Part shown: positions 45,301 through 55,437 of the stretch, piece by piece
How the letters are laid out: every line of letters begins with the position of its first letter
How positions within the stretch are numbered: the stretch's first letter is position 1
Assembly: GCA_903928915.1 (NCBI GenBank)
Contig: CAIYSL010000068.1
Location: forward strand, 17,005-81,004
Length of the DNA: 64,000 bases
From: an uncultured Syntrophobacterales bacterium
GTDB lineage: Bacteria > Desulfobacterota > Syntrophia > Syntrophales > UBA5619
Direction: 5' to 3'
Notes under the pieces: generated by a model
Database searches by the model: none
What the model was told of the DNA's origin: nothing
What the model saw: the letters and a program-made list of their open reading frames with translations, nothing else
Made by a program: the position numbers and the translations under genes

Positions 45301-47865
45301 TCACAATCCCATGATCCGGTAGATCGCGTCCATGTTCAGGCTCCTGCGCACCACGGCGGCCAGCCGCTCGAAGGCCGGCTCCAGGTCGTACACGGCGGCG
45401 ATCCGGCCGAGCGGCGCCAGCCCCCGGCGCGACCGGAGGCGGTCGATGAACCAGCGGCGGAAGGGGTCGGCGTCGAAGATCCCGTGGAGGTAGGTCCCCC
45501 AGAGGAGACCGTCCGCCGTTCCGAACCCGATCGTCTCGCCGTCCTCCCGACCGATCAGGGGTTTGCCGTCGCCGGTGGTGATGCCGTGGTGGATCTCGTA
45601 TCCGGCGAGCTGATGGCCCGACACCAGGTGCCGGGCCGCGACGCGCTTCAGCGTCTTCTCCCGGGCGAGCGTCGTCCGCAGGGGGATGAGCCCCAGCCCG
45701 GCGAGACTCCGGCCCGCTGCGGATTCCACCCCCAGGGGATCGGCGATCTCGGTCCCGAGGATCTGCAGGCCGCCGCAGATCCCCACGACCTCCGTCCGTC
45801 CGGCCTCCGCGAGCTCCCGGATCCGCCCCGCCATGCCCCGCGCCCGGAGGTCCGCCAGGTCGCCGATCACGTTCTTGCTCCCCGGAAGGACCACCGCATC
45901 GGGGGTCCCCAGCTCGGCGGGATCGCGCACGACGCGGAGCCGGACGTCCGGCTCGATCCGGAGGGGGTCGAAATCGGTGAAGTTCGAGATGTGGGCGCAA
46001 TCGACTATCACGATCTCCACGTGCTCGCCCGCCGGGGCGCGGCCGTCGATCAGGCCGCTCTTGAAGCTGACCGAGTCCTCTTCCGGAAGACCGAGGTCCT
46101 GGAGCCAGGGAACGACGCCGAGGACGGGGCGGCCCGCATGGGCCAGGACGTAGTCGTTGGCCGCGGCGAGGAACTCCTCCTTCCCGCGGAAGCGGTTCAC
46201 CACGAACCCCTTCACGAGGCTGCGCTCCCGCTCGGCGAGCACCTCCATCTGACCGATGAAGGAGGCGTACAGCCCGCCGCGGTCGATGTCTCCCACGATC
46301 AGGACCGGCGCCCGGGCGTACAGGGCCATGTTCATGTTCACGATGTCGCGCCGCTTCAGGTTGACTTCCCCGGGACTTCCCGCCCCCTCCATCACGATGG
46401 CGTCGTACTCGGCGGCGAGCGAGTCGAAGGCCTGCTTTGCCGCGGCAAAGGGGGGCTCCCGGTCGCGGGTGTACTCCCAGAACTCCCGGTTGCCGATCGG
46501 CTTGCCCAGGACGATCACCTGCGATCCCGTGTCGCTGTTGGGCTTGAGCAGGACCGGGTTCATCCGGACGTCCGGGTCGATCCGGCAGGCCTGGGCCTGG
46601 ACCACCTGCGCCCGCCCCATCTCGCCGCCGGCGCGGGTGACGTAGGAGTTGAGCGACATGTTCTGCGCCTTGAACGGCGCGACCCGCAGTCCGTCCTGGA
46701 GCAGGATCCGGCAGAGGGCCGCGGCCAGCACGCTCTTGCCCGCGTTTGACCCGGTCCCCTGGAACATGATCCGGGGCTTCGGCCGCGCCGCGGCCCGGCC
46801 GGGGCAGCCGAGCGCATCCCGGAGGGAATCGCAGAGGCGTTCGTTCTCTGCGGCGGTCCGGACGGCCACGCGGAAGAAGCGCCCGTCCAGGCCGGCGAAG
46901 TTGTCGCAGACGCGGACGGCGATCCCGCCGCTGAGGAGGCGGGCGGCGAGCTCGGGGGCGGTGACGTCGCCGCGGTCGAGCCGGCAGAGCAGAAAGTTCG
47001 CCGTCCCCGGGTAGACGAAAAGCCCGGGGATCGCCCCGAGCGCGGCGGAAAGCTCGGCGCGCCGTTCGCGCACGAACCGGCGCGTCGCTTCGGCGAAGGC
47101 GGCGTCGGCCAGCGCCGCCGCACCCACGGCCTGGGCGATGGTGTTGACCGACCAGGGGGGGGCCAGGCTGCGGAGCCGCCGGATGACCTCCCGCTCGGCC
47201 ACGACGGCGCCCAGGCGGAGGCCCGGGATCGCGTACATCTTGGTGAACGACCTGAGCACGACGAGGTTGGCCGGCCGCTCCCCGTCCAGCAGGCTCTCCC
47301 CGTCGGTAAGATCGACGAAGGCCTCGTCGGCGATCACGATGGTCGTGGGGCGGCGCCGGGCGAGCTGCCGGAGCCCCGCGGCGGGAACGAGCGCGCCGGT
47401 GGGGTTGTTCGGCTGCCCCAGGATGAGGACCTCGTCCCCTTTCAGCGCCCCTTCGATCTCGGCCAGGTCCGGGGCGAATCCCCGCTCTTCCCTAAGCGGA
47501 AGGGGTTCCACGCTGAGCCCCGCGAGGCTGCAGGCGGCCGCATAGTCGCTGTACGAGGGGACCGGGATCAGGGCGCGCCGCTTGCCCAGGACCCGGGGCA
47601 GGAGGTGGAGGAGTTCGGTCTCCCCGTTTCCCATCAGGACCTCGCCGGCGGCACAGCCGAAACGCCCGGTAAAGGCCCGGACCAGCTCGGTGCACTCCGG
47701 GTCGGGGTAGTGGACCAGTGAGCTCACGGAGCTGCTGATCAGCGGGCGAAGCCATTCCGGCGGTCCCAGGGGGTTGATGCTCGCCGAGAAGTCCAGGATC
47801 TCCGCCGCCCCCTTTCCCGCGGCCGCGGCCAGCTTTGCGATGTTTCCGCCGTGCCTCTCCGTCAT
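45301..47865 (-). CDS. cobD/cobQ: fusion of L-threonine-O-3-phosphate decarboxylase (CobD) and cobyric acid synthase (CobQ/CbiP)
   Basis: The ATG at 47865 overlaps the cobS stop (ATGA). The N half reads HGGNIAKL...[12 protein letters not shown]...[14 protein letters not shown] (aminotransferase class I/II). It is joined without a stop, through ...[15 protein letters not shown]-, to [13 protein letters not shown]...GATase (ICGGLQILG). The track ORF start at 48468 is an extension overlapping cobS. Confidence 0.85.
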   Translation of the reverse strand: MTERHGGNIAKLAAAAGKGAAEILDFSASINPLGPPEWLRPLISSSVSSLVHYPDPECTELVRAFTGRFGCAAGEVLMGNGETELLHLLPRVLGKRRALIPVPSYSDYAAACSLAGLSVEPLPLREERGFAPDLAEIEGALKGDEVLILGQPNNPTGALVPAAGLRQLARRRPTTIVIADEAFVDLTDGESLLDGERPANLVVLRSFTKMYAIPGLRLGAVVAEREVIRRLRSLAPPWSVNTIAQAVGAAALADAAFAEATRRFVRERRAELSAALGAIPGLFVYPGTANFLLCRLDRGDVTAPELAARLLSGGIAVRVCDNFAGLDGRFFRVAVRTAAENERLCDSLRDALGCPGRAAARPKPRIMFQGTGSNAGKSVLAAALCRILLQDGLRVAPFKAQNMSLNSYVTRAGGEMGRAQVVQAQACRIDPDVRMNPVLLKPNSDTGSQVIVLGKPIGNREFWEYTRDREPPFAAAKQAFDSLAAEYDAIVMEGAGSPGEVNLKRRDIVNMNMALYARAPVLIVGDIDRGGLYASFIGQMEVLAERERSLVKGFVVNRFRGKEEFLAAANDYVLAHAGRPVLGVVPWLQDLGLPEEDSVSFKSGLIDGRAPAGEHVEIVIVDCAHISNFTDFDPLRIEPDVRLRVVRDPAELGTPDAVVLPGSKNVIGDLADLRARGMAGRIRELAEAGRTEVVGICGGLQILGTEIADPLGVESAAGRSLAGLGLIPLRTTLAREKTLKRVAARHLVSGHQLAGYEIHHGITTGDGKPLIGREDGETIGFGTADGLLWGTYLHGIFDADPFRRWFIDRLRSRRGLAPLGRIAAVYDLEPAFERLAAVVRRSLNMDAIYRIMGL

Positions 47866-48614
47866 ACTGCCCCTCCGTGGAGCATCGCTGCCGCGGCGAG
47901 CGCCGGGCCGAGTTCGGCCAGCTCGCAGGCGGCCCCGAGGGTGTCGCCGGTGAGCCCGCCGATCCGGCGGAAGAAATAGGCTGCCAGCAGGAGCGCGGCA
48001 AGAAAGGAAACGGCGCCGGCGATCAGGCCGGGCAGGCGGCCCATGAGAAAACCGGCGGCCAGGAGCGCCGCGAACGCCCAGAGGGCATGCCCCTGCGAAC
48101 GATTCCGGTGAAAGATCCCGGCGAGTCCCCCTTCGGGGCGGACGTAGGGGAGCAGCGCCATGTGGACGATCAGCGCACACCTGCCGGCGAGCGGCGTCAT
48201 GACCAGGACCCACCAGCGCCAGGGGCCGGCGAGCGAGACGAGAAGGCTGGCCTTGAGCAGGACCAGCGCAACCACCGCCGCGACCCCCATCGGGCCGGTG
48301 CGGCTGTCCCGCATGATCTCCAGGACCCGCTCGCGGGGGCGGCCGCTGAACAGCCCGTCCGCCGTGTCGGCGAGCCCGTCGATGTGGAGGCCGCCCGAGG
48401 CGGCGATCAGCAGGATGACCGTAACGACGCTCGTGACCCCGATCGGGAAGAGCAGCCCCAACCCCCAATCCGCCAGGCTGATCGCCGCGCCGATCAGCAG
48501 GCCCACGACAGGGAAGAAGGGGAGGGAGCCCCCGAGGACCCCTTCGCCGGGGGGGCTTCCTCCCGCGAGCGGAATGATCGTCAGGAACTGGACGGCGGCC
48601 AGGAACCGTTTCAT
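47862..48614 (-). CDS. cobS: adenosylcobinamide-GDP ribazoletransferase (cobalamin synthase)
   Basis: AVQFLTIIP...[14 protein letters not shown]..., multi-TM. Confidence 0.9.
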   Translation of the reverse strand: MKRFLAAVQFLTIIPLAGGSPPGEGVLGGSLPFFPVVGLLIGAAISLADWGLGLLFPIGVTSVVTVILLIAASGGLHIDGLADTADGLFSGRPRERVLEIMRDSRTGPMGVAAVVALVLLKASLLVSLAGPWRWWVLVMTPLAGRCALIVHMALLPYVRPEGGLAGIFHRNRSQGHALWAFAALLAAGFLMGRLPGLIAGAVSFLAALLLAAYFFRRIGGLTGDTLGAACELAELGPALAAAAMLHGGAV

Positions 48615-49675
48615 GAATCCGCCTTTGAAACGCCGGCCTCGTCGAAGGTGGCCACCTCGGTCAGGACCCGTACGGCGGCCTCGATGAAGTTCATCGCCAG
48701 CGCCGCCCCGGTCCCCTCGCCGAGGCGGAAGTCGAGGTCGATCAGCGGGTGCTTCCCGAGGATTTCCACGGCGATGCGGTGACCCTTCTCCACGCTCCGG
48801 TGGGCGGCGATCATGTACTCGGCGGCCGCCGGGCAGAGGCTGTGGGCGATCAGCGCCCCGGCGGTGGAGATGAACCCGTCCACCACCACTGGCTTCTTGA
48901 GCGCGGCTGCGCCCAGGCAGAGACCGGCGATCCCGCCGATCTCGAACCCGCCCACCTTGGCCAGGACATCCAGACCGTCCGACCGATCAGGGGCGTTGAT
49001 CGCCAATGCCCGCTCGATCACCGCGACCTTGTGGGCGAACTGGCCGGCGTCGATCCCGGTCCCGTGGCCGGTCACCTTGGCAACCGGTTCACCGCTGAAG
49101 GCGGCGACGATGGCGCTGCTGGGGGTGGTGTTGCCGATCCCCATGTCCCCGGTGCCGAACACGTCGACCGCGGAGTCGGCCTTGCGGGCCACATCGATCC
49201 CGGCCTCCACGGCCCGGATCGCCTCCTGCCGGCTCATGGCGGGACCGTGGGCGATGTTCTTCGTCCCCGGGCCGATCCGCCGGGAGACGATCTTTCCCGC
49301 GTCGGCGAGCGCGCAGAGGTCGGCGGCGACCCCCATGTCCACCACGGTTACCGAAGCGCCCGCCTGGCGGGCCAGGGCGTTGATCCCTGCCCCGCCGGCG
49401 ACGAAGTTGTACACCATCTGGGGCGTCACCTCCTGGGGGTACTTGCTCACCCCTTCGGCCACGACCCCGTGGTCGCCGGCCATCGTGAAGATCGCCTTGC
49501 GGCTGATCGGCGGGTGCAGCGAGCGGGTGATCCCGGCGAGGTCCTCGGCGAGGTCGAGCAGACGCCCGAGGGCCCAGTGGGGCATGGTCAGCGCTTCCAG
49601 GCGGCGGTGCGCCTGGGCCCGGACCGCGGCGTCCTGGGGGACGATGGCGGTGATGGTTTCCTTCAGCAGCGTCAT
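48611..49675 (-). CDS. cobT: nicotinate-nucleotide--dimethylbenzimidazole phosphoribosyltransferase
   Basis: MAGDHGV...GGAGINAL...GDMGIGNTT...GEGTGA. Confidence 0.9.
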   Translation of the reverse strand: MTLLKETITAIVPQDAAVRAQAHRRLEALTMPHWALGRLLDLAEDLAGITRSLHPPISRKAIFTMAGDHGVVAEGVSKYPQEVTPQMVYNFVAGGAGINALARQAGASVTVVDMGVAADLCALADAGKIVSRRIGPGTKNIAHGPAMSRQEAIRAVEAGIDVARKADSAVDVFGTGDMGIGNTTPSSAIVAAFSGEPVAKVTGHGTGIDAGQFAHKVAVIERALAINAPDRSDGLDVLAKVGGFEIGGIAGLCLGAAALKKPVVVDGFISTAGALIAHSLCPAAAEYMIAAHRSVEKGHRIAVEILGKHPLIDLDFRLGEGTGAALAMNFIEAAVRVLTEVATFDEAGVSKADS

Positions 49676-49812
49676 GTCAGCTCCTTGCTCGGTTTGTTCG
49701 CGCCGCCTTTTTCGCGCCGCGGTTTCTCTGGTCGTCTTCTTACCGTTTCTGGGGAGGTGCGTTTCTCCGCTTCACCCCCGGCCGCGGCCGGACAGCAGCC
49801 TTTCCGTTCGGG

Positions 49813-50364
49813 TCAGCCGGCGATTCCACCCTTCAACCGGAGGGGGATCCCGGAGACGACGAGCGTGACCTCCCCTGCCGCGGCCGCGATCAACTGGTTG
49901 CACCGCCCGGCGCAGTCGCGAAACAGCCGCGCCGCGGCATTGTCCGGGACGATCCCCATGCCCACCTCGTTTGTGACGAAGATGACCGTTCCGGCGAAGG
50001 CCGCGCAGGCGGCGATCAGCCCGCGGCAGCGAACTGCCGCCGCCTCTTCGGTAAACCTCTCCCCCCGCTGCTCCGCCTCGTACAGGAGGTTGTTGACCCA
50101 GAGGGTGAGGCAGTCCACGAGCAGCACCCGGTATCCCGCGGCCCGGCCGATGGCGCCATCGAGGTCGAGGGGCTCTTCGATCGTCTCCCAGAGGGCCGCG
50201 TCCCGCGCCTCCCGGTGCAACCTCACCCGGCCGGCCGTCTCCGCGTCTATGACGGGGCAGGTCGCCAGGTAGGCGCGCGGCCCGGGGAGGGACTCGGCGA
50301 GCCGCTGGGCATGGGCGCTCTTTCCGCTCCGGCTGCCGCCGGTGACGAGGATCAGCCCCGCCAT
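49813..50364 (-). CDS. cobU: adenosylcobinamide kinase / adenosylcobinamide-phosphate guanylyltransferase
   Basis: LILVTGGSRSGKS P-loop. ...VTNEVGMGIVP. Confidence 0.9.
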   Translation of the reverse strand: MAGLILVTGGSRSGKSAHAQRLAESLPGPRAYLATCPVIDAETAGRVRLHREARDAALWETIEEPLDLDGAIGRAAGYRVLLVDCLTLWVNNLLYEAEQRGERFTEEAAAVRCRGLIAACAAFAGTVIFVTNEVGMGIVPDNAAARLFRDCAGRCNQLIAAAAGEVTLVVSGIPLRLKGGIAG

Positions 50365-50419
50365 GGTTCAGCCCCCCGGGGGCGCCGCACTTCGCGCCCG
50401 GTGCGGTCCCGCTGTTCTC

Positions 50420-51031
50420 TCATTGCATCTCCTCGCGGCGGCAGCGTTCGTTCAGACGGATGAGGACCCCCCGGTCCCCGTCGATCGCAAACTCGGACAG
50501 GGAGCCCGGGCGGATGTCGAAGAGGAGATACCGCCGGTATTCCAGCCCCAGGAACCGGCAGACGAGCATCCGGATGACCCCCCCATGGGCGAAGGCGATG
50601 ACGGTCGCGGCGGGATCGGCCGCGATCCGGCCGGCCAGCGCACCGACCCGCCCGCGAAAGGCGCCGATGCTCTCCCCGCCGGGGAAGGCGAAGTCGTCCT
50701 CCAGCAGCGCCCAGCGGTCGACCGCAGCCGGGTCGGCGGCGGCGATCTCCGGGAAGCTCATCAGCTCCCAGCGGCCGAAGTCGATCTCCCGGAGGTCCTC
50801 GTCGACGGTGAAGGACGTCCCCGTTCCCAGGGCGAGTTCGGCGGTCCGGCGGGCCCGCAGGAGGGGACTGCAGAGGATGCGTGCCCTCTCGATGCGGCCG
50901 ATCTCCCCGGCCAGTGCCGTTGCCTGGAGTTCCCCCTCCGCGCTGAGGGGGAGGTCGGTGCTGCCTACGTACCGGCCGCGGTACCTTTCCCCCAGATCGC
51001 CGTGACGGACGAGGATCACCCGCTTGGTCAC
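50420..51031 (-). CDS. cobC: alpha-ribazole phosphatase (histidine phosphatase family)
   Basis: GTG start 5 nt after GGAGG. VILVRHGD...PLSAEG...AFAHGGVIR. Confidence 0.85.
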   Translation of the reverse strand: MTKRVILVRHGDLGERYRGRYVGSTDLPLSAEGELQATALAGEIGRIERARILCSPLLRARRTAELALGTGTSFTVDEDLREIDFGRWELMSFPEIAAADPAAVDRWALLEDDFAFPGGESIGAFRGRVGALAGRIAADPAATVIAFAHGGVIRMLVCRFLGLEYRRYLLFDIRPGSLSEFAIDGDRGVLIRLNERCRREEMQ

Positions 51032-51043
51032 CGTGCCTCCGAA

Positions 51044-51079
51044 AACAAAAAAATCCCCACGCCTGTCGACGTGGGGATG
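51044..51079 (-). terminator. intrinsic terminator of the riboswitch expression platform
   Basis: The minus strand reads AUCCCCACG-UCGACAGG-CGUGGGGAU followed by U7, ending about 12 nt before the cobC RBS. Confidence 0.75.
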
Positions 51080-51148
51080 CCGTATTTCATCCTCAACCCG
51101 TTTCCGATCCGCGACCCCTCTCCGCGAGGGTCATACCACTCAGGACAG

Positions 51149-51305
51149 CCTGCGGCTAGGTCTTCTGGCTTCCGGATCCTCCTCCGGCCGCGTCTTCCCG
51201 TTCATCGGAACAGTGACATTCAGCGGCCTTTGTCCCCGGTAACAGCGGCGGGACCGCGACGGACTCGCACCGTCTTCCCTGTCGCCCGCGCGGGCGACCC
51301 GCAGG
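51149..51305 (-). promoter_or_regulatory. cobalamin (AdoCbl) riboswitch aptamer
   Basis: The minus strand reads ...CCUGCGG...AGGGAAGACGGUGCGAGUCCGUCGCGGUCCCGCCGCUGU...GUCACUG...GGGAAGACG...GGAAGCCAGAAGACCUAGCCGCAGG. This matches the conserved AGGGAA/GGUG/UCC/CCCGC/CUGU core, the B12 box (GYCACUG ... GGGAAG) and GCCAG-AGACCU-GCC, closed by P1 CCUGCGG/CCGCAGG. Confidence 0.9.
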
Positions 51306-51318
51306 GAATTATGGCCTA

Positions 51319-51347
51319 TTTCTAGTATACGCCCCGGCCGGTGTCAA
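51319..51347 (-). promoter_or_regulatory. candidate sigma70-type promoter for the riboswitch and cob operon
   Basis: Minus strand TTGACA (51347-51342), 17 nt, TAGAAA (51324-51319), about 15 nt upstream of the aptamer. Motif match only. Confidence 0.35.
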
Positions 51348-51474
51348 GGAGAATTCATCCGGCCGCCTCTTGCGGGGGCCGGAGGGGGCCACGGGTGATA
51401 AAAAAACTTGACAACAGCCCGTCGCCTCACTTCTATAGGAGGACGATAGGATCAATAGGAAAGGAGACGGTGCC

Positions 51475-51802
51475 GTGCAGGAGATATACGAACTTCAGGC
51501 GGATGTGTGCAAGGTCTTCGCGAATTCCAGACGTCTCGAAATCATCAACCATCTCAAGGAAAAGGAGCTGTCGGCCGGCGAATTGATCAGCAAGACGAGC
51601 CTCAACAAGACCAACCTCTCCCCAGCATATGGCGGTTCTCAAGTCCAAGGGGGTCATCCTGAGCAGGCGGGAAGGGGTGACCGTGTATTACCGGATCGCG
51701 AGCCCCAGGATCATCGAGGCCTGCATCCTGATGCGGGAAGTGCTGATGGAACAGCTGCAGGAAAAGGGGCGGATGATTTCCCGGCTGAACAGACTGAAGT
51801 GA
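51475..51802 (+). pseudogene. ArsR/SmtB-family transcriptional regulator with a +1 frameshift in a C4 run (51620-51623)
   Basis: GTG start after AAGGAGA. Frame 1 reads ...VFANSRRLEIINHLKEKELSAGELISKTSLNKTNLS. Removing one C continues QHMAVLKSKGVILSRREGVTVYYRIASPRIIEACILMREVL...RLK*, which is the recognition helix and wing of the wHTH. Confidence 0.7.
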
Positions 51803-51904
51803 GTCTCCCGTCCCGGGGCGGACCTGCGGTCGCGCCGCGAGAGGTGCCTCCCGCAGCGGAGGGCGGAGGAGACCGTATTCGGGTGCGGGTGAGAGGAGCG
51901 GATC

Positions 51905-52909
51905 ATGGAAGGAGCGTTTTTGGCCTATCGGGTCGTCCGTGAGGGAGAGGGATTCCGGGGGAGCGTGGTGCGGCTTCCCTGCGAGGCGCTGCCGCCGGGC
52001 GACGTCCTGATCAAGGTGGCATATTCGTCGCTCAACTACAAGGATGCCCTGTCCGCCACGGGGAACCCCGGGGTGACCCGGAAGTATCCCCACACCCCCG
52101 GGATCGATGCGGCCGGGACAGTGGTCGAGTCCGCGGCAGCGTCCTTCAAGCCCGGGGACCCGGTCCTGGTGACCGGCTACGACCTGGGGATGGACACGGA
52201 CGGCGGATACGCCGAATACTGCCGCGTCCCGGCAGGGTGGGTGGTCCCGCTCCCCCCGGGGCTCGACCTGCGGGAGTCGATGATCCTGGGGACCGCCGGG
52301 TTTACCGCCGCGCTCGGGATCCGGCACATGCTCCACGACGGCCTTGCCCCCGACAAGGGGCCGGTCCTGGTCACCGGCGCGGCCGGCGGCGTGGGGAGCG
52401 TGGCGGTCTCGATCCTCGCGAAGCTCGGGTTTGCGGTTACCGCGGCCAGCGACCCCGCCAACGCCGACTACCTCAGGGAGATCGGGGCCGCCGAGGTGAT
52501 CTCCCGGGAGACCCTCGCCGCCGAATCCCCCAAGGCGATGCTCAAGGAGCAATGGGCCGGGGCGTACGACACGGTAGGCGGGAAGACCCTGGAGAACGTG
52601 ATCAAATCGATGCGCTACCTGGGGGTCATCGCCAACTGCGGGATGGTGGGGGGCGGGGCGATCTCGACCACGGTCTTCCCCTTCATCCTCCGGGGGGTCA
52701 AGCTTCTGGGCACCGATTCGGTCCAGTGTCCGACGGACGTGCGCCGCGACGTCTGGGAGAATCTCGCCGGTCCCTGGAAACCCGCCCGACTCGAACGGCT
52801 GGTGCGGACGATCACCCTCGACGACCTGGACGGGGCGATCGGGACGATCCTGGCGGGCAAGGGCGCCGGCCGGACCCTTGTTGTGCCGAAGACCAAGCTG
52901 CAGGGCTGA
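51905..52909 (+). CDS. YhdH/AcuI-type NADPH-dependent quinone/acrylyl-CoA reductase (MDR superfamily)
   Basis: VLIKVAYSSLNYKDALSATGNPGVTRKYPHTPGIDAAGTV...VTGAAGGVGS. Confidence 0.85.
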   Translation: MEGAFLAYRVVREGEGFRGSVVRLPCEALPPGDVLIKVAYSSLNYKDALSATGNPGVTRKYPHTPGIDAAGTVVESAAASFKPGDPVLVTGYDLGMDTDGGYAEYCRVPAGWVVPLPPGLDLRESMILGTAGFTAALGIRHMLHDGLAPDKGPVLVTGAAGGVGSVAVSILAKLGFAVTAASDPANADYLREIGAAEVISRETLAAESPKAMLKEQWAGAYDTVGGKTLENVIKSMRYLGVIANCGMVGGGAISTTVFPFILRGVKLLGTDSVQCPTDVRRDVWENLAGPWKPARLERLVRTITLDDLDGAIGTILAGKGAGRTLVVPKTKLQG

Positions 52910-52961
52910 CGGGACGTGAAGGCCGAGTCCGGCTGCGGCGCCGGACCGGATTTTCAGCGGA

Positions 52962-53981
52962 TTGCAGGGTGACAAGATGAAGGATGGGACGCCTATGCGC
53001 GAGATAGAGTTTGCTGCGATCGGCGGAATCAGGATCGGGCATGCCGAAGACCGGAAGGCGGCCACCGGGGCCACGGTCGTCATCTGCGAGCAGGGGGCGA
53101 CAGTCGGTGTGGACGTGCGGGGCGGCGCCCCGGGGACGCGGGAGACCGACCTCCTGGACCCGGTCAACCTGGTGGACCGGGTGCACGCCGTGCTGCTCGC
53201 CGGAGGGAGCGCCTTCGGGCTCGACGCTGCCGCGGGGGTGATGCAGTACCTCGAGGAGCGCAAGATCGGGTTCGACGTCGGGGTGACCCGGGTGCCGATC
53301 GTGTGCGCGGCGGTGCTGTTCGATCTGACGATCGGGGATCACCGCGTCCGGCCGGACAGGGAGATGGGCTATCGCGCCTGCCTGAACGCCGGCGCCGCGG
53401 AATGTCGGCAGGGCTCCGTCGGCGCAGGCGCCGGTGCGACCGTCGGGAAGATCCTCGGCATGGACCGGGCTATGAAGAGCGGCCTGGGGTGCCATGCCCT
53501 TCAGGTAGGGGAGCTGAAAGTCGGCGCGCTGGTCGCGGTGAACTGCCTGGGAGACGTGGTCGATCCGCTTGCGGGCAGGAAACTCGCGGGGCCGCTGAAC
53601 GACGACCGGCGGAGCCTGGCCGACACCGAAGCGATCATGGTCGAGGCATACGCCGACAGGAAGAACCTGTTCACGGGCAATACCACGATCGGCCTGGTCG
53701 TCACCAACGCCGCCCTCACCAAGGCCCAGGCGACCAAGCTCGCCTCGATGGCCCATGACGGATACGCCAGGACGATGCGGCCGGCCCACTCGATGGTCGA
53801 CGGGGATACGATCTTTGCCATGTCGACGGGCCCCGTGGAGGCGGACCTCAGCGTCATCGGGCTCCTCGCCAGCCGGGCGATGGAGCGGGCGGTCGTCGCC
53901 GCGGTCAAAAACGCCGAACCCCTCTGCGGCCTCGCCTGCTGGGCCGACCTCGCACCGCGCGAAATGCAGACAACCCGATAG
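52962..53981 (+). CDS. P1/DmpA-family aminopeptidase (peptidase S58)
   Basis: GIRIGHAED...TGATVV...GGAPGTRETDLL...LLAGGSAFGLDAA...NTTIGLVVTNA. The true start may be one of the internal ATGs (for example MREIEF). Confidence 0.85.
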   Translation: MQGDKMKDGTPMREIEFAAIGGIRIGHAEDRKAATGATVVICEQGATVGVDVRGGAPGTRETDLLDPVNLVDRVHAVLLAGGSAFGLDAAAGVMQYLEERKIGFDVGVTRVPIVCAAVLFDLTIGDHRVRPDREMGYRACLNAGAAECRQGSVGAGAGATVGKILGMDRAMKSGLGCHALQVGELKVGALVAVNCLGDVVDPLAGRKLAGPLNDDRRSLADTEAIMVEAYADRKNLFTGNTTIGLVVTNAALTKAQATKLASMAHDGYARTMRPAHSMVDGDTIFAMSTGPVEADLSVIGLLASRAMERAVVAAVKNAEPLCGLACWADLAPREMQTTR

Positions 53982-53993
53982 GAAGGAGGCGCC

Positions 53994-54662
53994 ATGGACA
54001 TCGCAGAGGTCGTCAGGGAACGCAGAAGCATCCGCAAGTTCAAACCCGACCCGGTCCCCGAGGGGCTGCTGCGGGAGATTCTGGCGGCAGCGCGCTGGTC
54101 GCCCTCCTGGGGAAACACGCAGCCCTGGGAATTGTACGTTCTCAGCGGCGAGCCGCTCGACAGGTTCAAGACCGCCAATTGCGCCAGGTTGGACGAAGGA
54201 AGCGCGGCGGCACCGGATATCAGAATGCCTGAGCAGTGGACAGAACCGCTCAAGAAGCGGTACGGCGCCGTCGGAAAGGGCGTACTCGCCGCTCTGGGGA
54301 TTGCCCGGGACGATACAAAGGGCAGGACCGAGCAGACCCGGACGATGTTTCGTCTCTTCGATGCACCCTGTCTTATCGCGGCCTGCATCGACAAGCGTTC
54401 CTCGTCCCTCGAGTATGCCATGCTCGACGTGGGGCTGATCACCCAGACCATCTGCCTGCTCGCCCACGACCGCGGCCTGGGCACCTGCATCATGGCCTGC
54501 GCTGTCTTCTATCCCTCCGCGCTGCGGGCCGTCCTGCCCGATACGGAAGACAAACTGCTGGCCGTCGGAATCGCCGTTGGCTATCCGGAGAGGGATGCGC
54601 CGATCAACGGCTTCGCCCGCGAGCGGGCCCCGCTGGAGGAAACTGTCGTCTGGGTGAAGTAG
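53994..54662 (+). CDS. nitroreductase family protein
   Basis: RRSIRKFKPDPVP...ARWSPSWGNTQPW. Confidence 0.9.
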   Translation: MDIAEVVRERRSIRKFKPDPVPEGLLREILAAARWSPSWGNTQPWELYVLSGEPLDRFKTANCARLDEGSAAAPDIRMPEQWTEPLKKRYGAVGKGVLAALGIARDDTKGRTEQTRTMFRLFDAPCLIAACIDKRSSSLEYAMLDVGLITQTICLLAHDRGLGTCIMACAVFYPSALRAVLPDTEDKLLAVGIAVGYPERDAPINGFARERAPLEETVVWVK

Positions 54663-54761
54663 CTCCCGCACGCAACGAGCCCGGGGGACGAATTCACCAC
54701 GAAGCCGCAGGGGGCGCATCGGCACCGCACGATCGGAACGTCATTTCGGAGAGGGCTGCAC

Positions 54762-55415
54762 ATGAACCCCGTCTATCTCTCTGCGCCGGTTTCCGCGCTG
54801 ATGAAAGGGCTGTACGAAGAAGACACCACGCTGGCGTACCTCAAGAAACAGGGCGACTTCGGGCTCGGCACCTTCAACGACCTCGACGGGGAGATGGCGC
54901 TGCTGGACGGGGCTGCCTATCAGTTGAGGACCGACGGCCTCGTCCACCCCGTCGACGATGCCCGCAAGCTGCCCTTCGCCTGCGTGACCTTCTTCGCCCC
55001 GACCACTGTGGAGAGCGTGGAGCAGGACCTCGACGACGCGGGGTTCCGGAGCCTTCTCGACCGTCTCCTCCCCTCGCGGAACGTGTTCACCGCCATCCGC
55101 ATCGACGGCCGATTCCCCGCCGTGCAGGTCTGGTCCGTGCCCCGGCAGGACAACCACCGGCCGATCGCCGAGGTGCGGCCCACGGGCCACGACTTCCGGG
55201 ACATCGAAGGCACCCTGGTCGGCTTCTACACGCCCCCCTTCATCGCGTCGCTCAGCATGCCGGGATACCACCTCCATTTTCTGTCCGCCGACAGAAGGCA
55301 GGGAGGGCATCTGTTTCGCTGCGGGCTGAGCAAGGCGTGCATCGCCATCCAGGTCGTGCCGGAGCTGAGACTGAGCCTGCCGATGACGCTCGACTATCTG
55401 ACCACCGAGTTGTGA
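54762..55415 (+). CDS. budA: alpha-acetolactate decarboxylase
   Basis: LMKGLYEEDTTL...FGLGTFNDLDGEMALLDG..YQL...GYHLHFLS. Confidence 0.9.
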   Translation: MNPVYLSAPVSALMKGLYEEDTTLAYLKKQGDFGLGTFNDLDGEMALLDGAAYQLRTDGLVHPVDDARKLPFACVTFFAPTTVESVEQDLDDAGFRSLLDRLLPSRNVFTAIRIDGRFPAVQVWSVPRQDNHRPIAEVRPTGHDFRDIEGTLVGFYTPPFIASLSMPGYHLHFLSADRRQGGHLFRCGLSKACIAIQVVPELRLSLPMTLDYLTTEL

Positions 55416-55437
55416 ATTTCGATACAAGGAGGGGGAT

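Noticed and set aside
49676-49812. Second riboswitch or regulatory RNA in the 137-nt cobU-cobT gap
   Set aside because: The gap is too short for a cobalamin aptamer and none of the conserved B12-box strings are present. Only a GC palindrome (CCGGCCGCGGCCGG) and a short direct repeat were seen.
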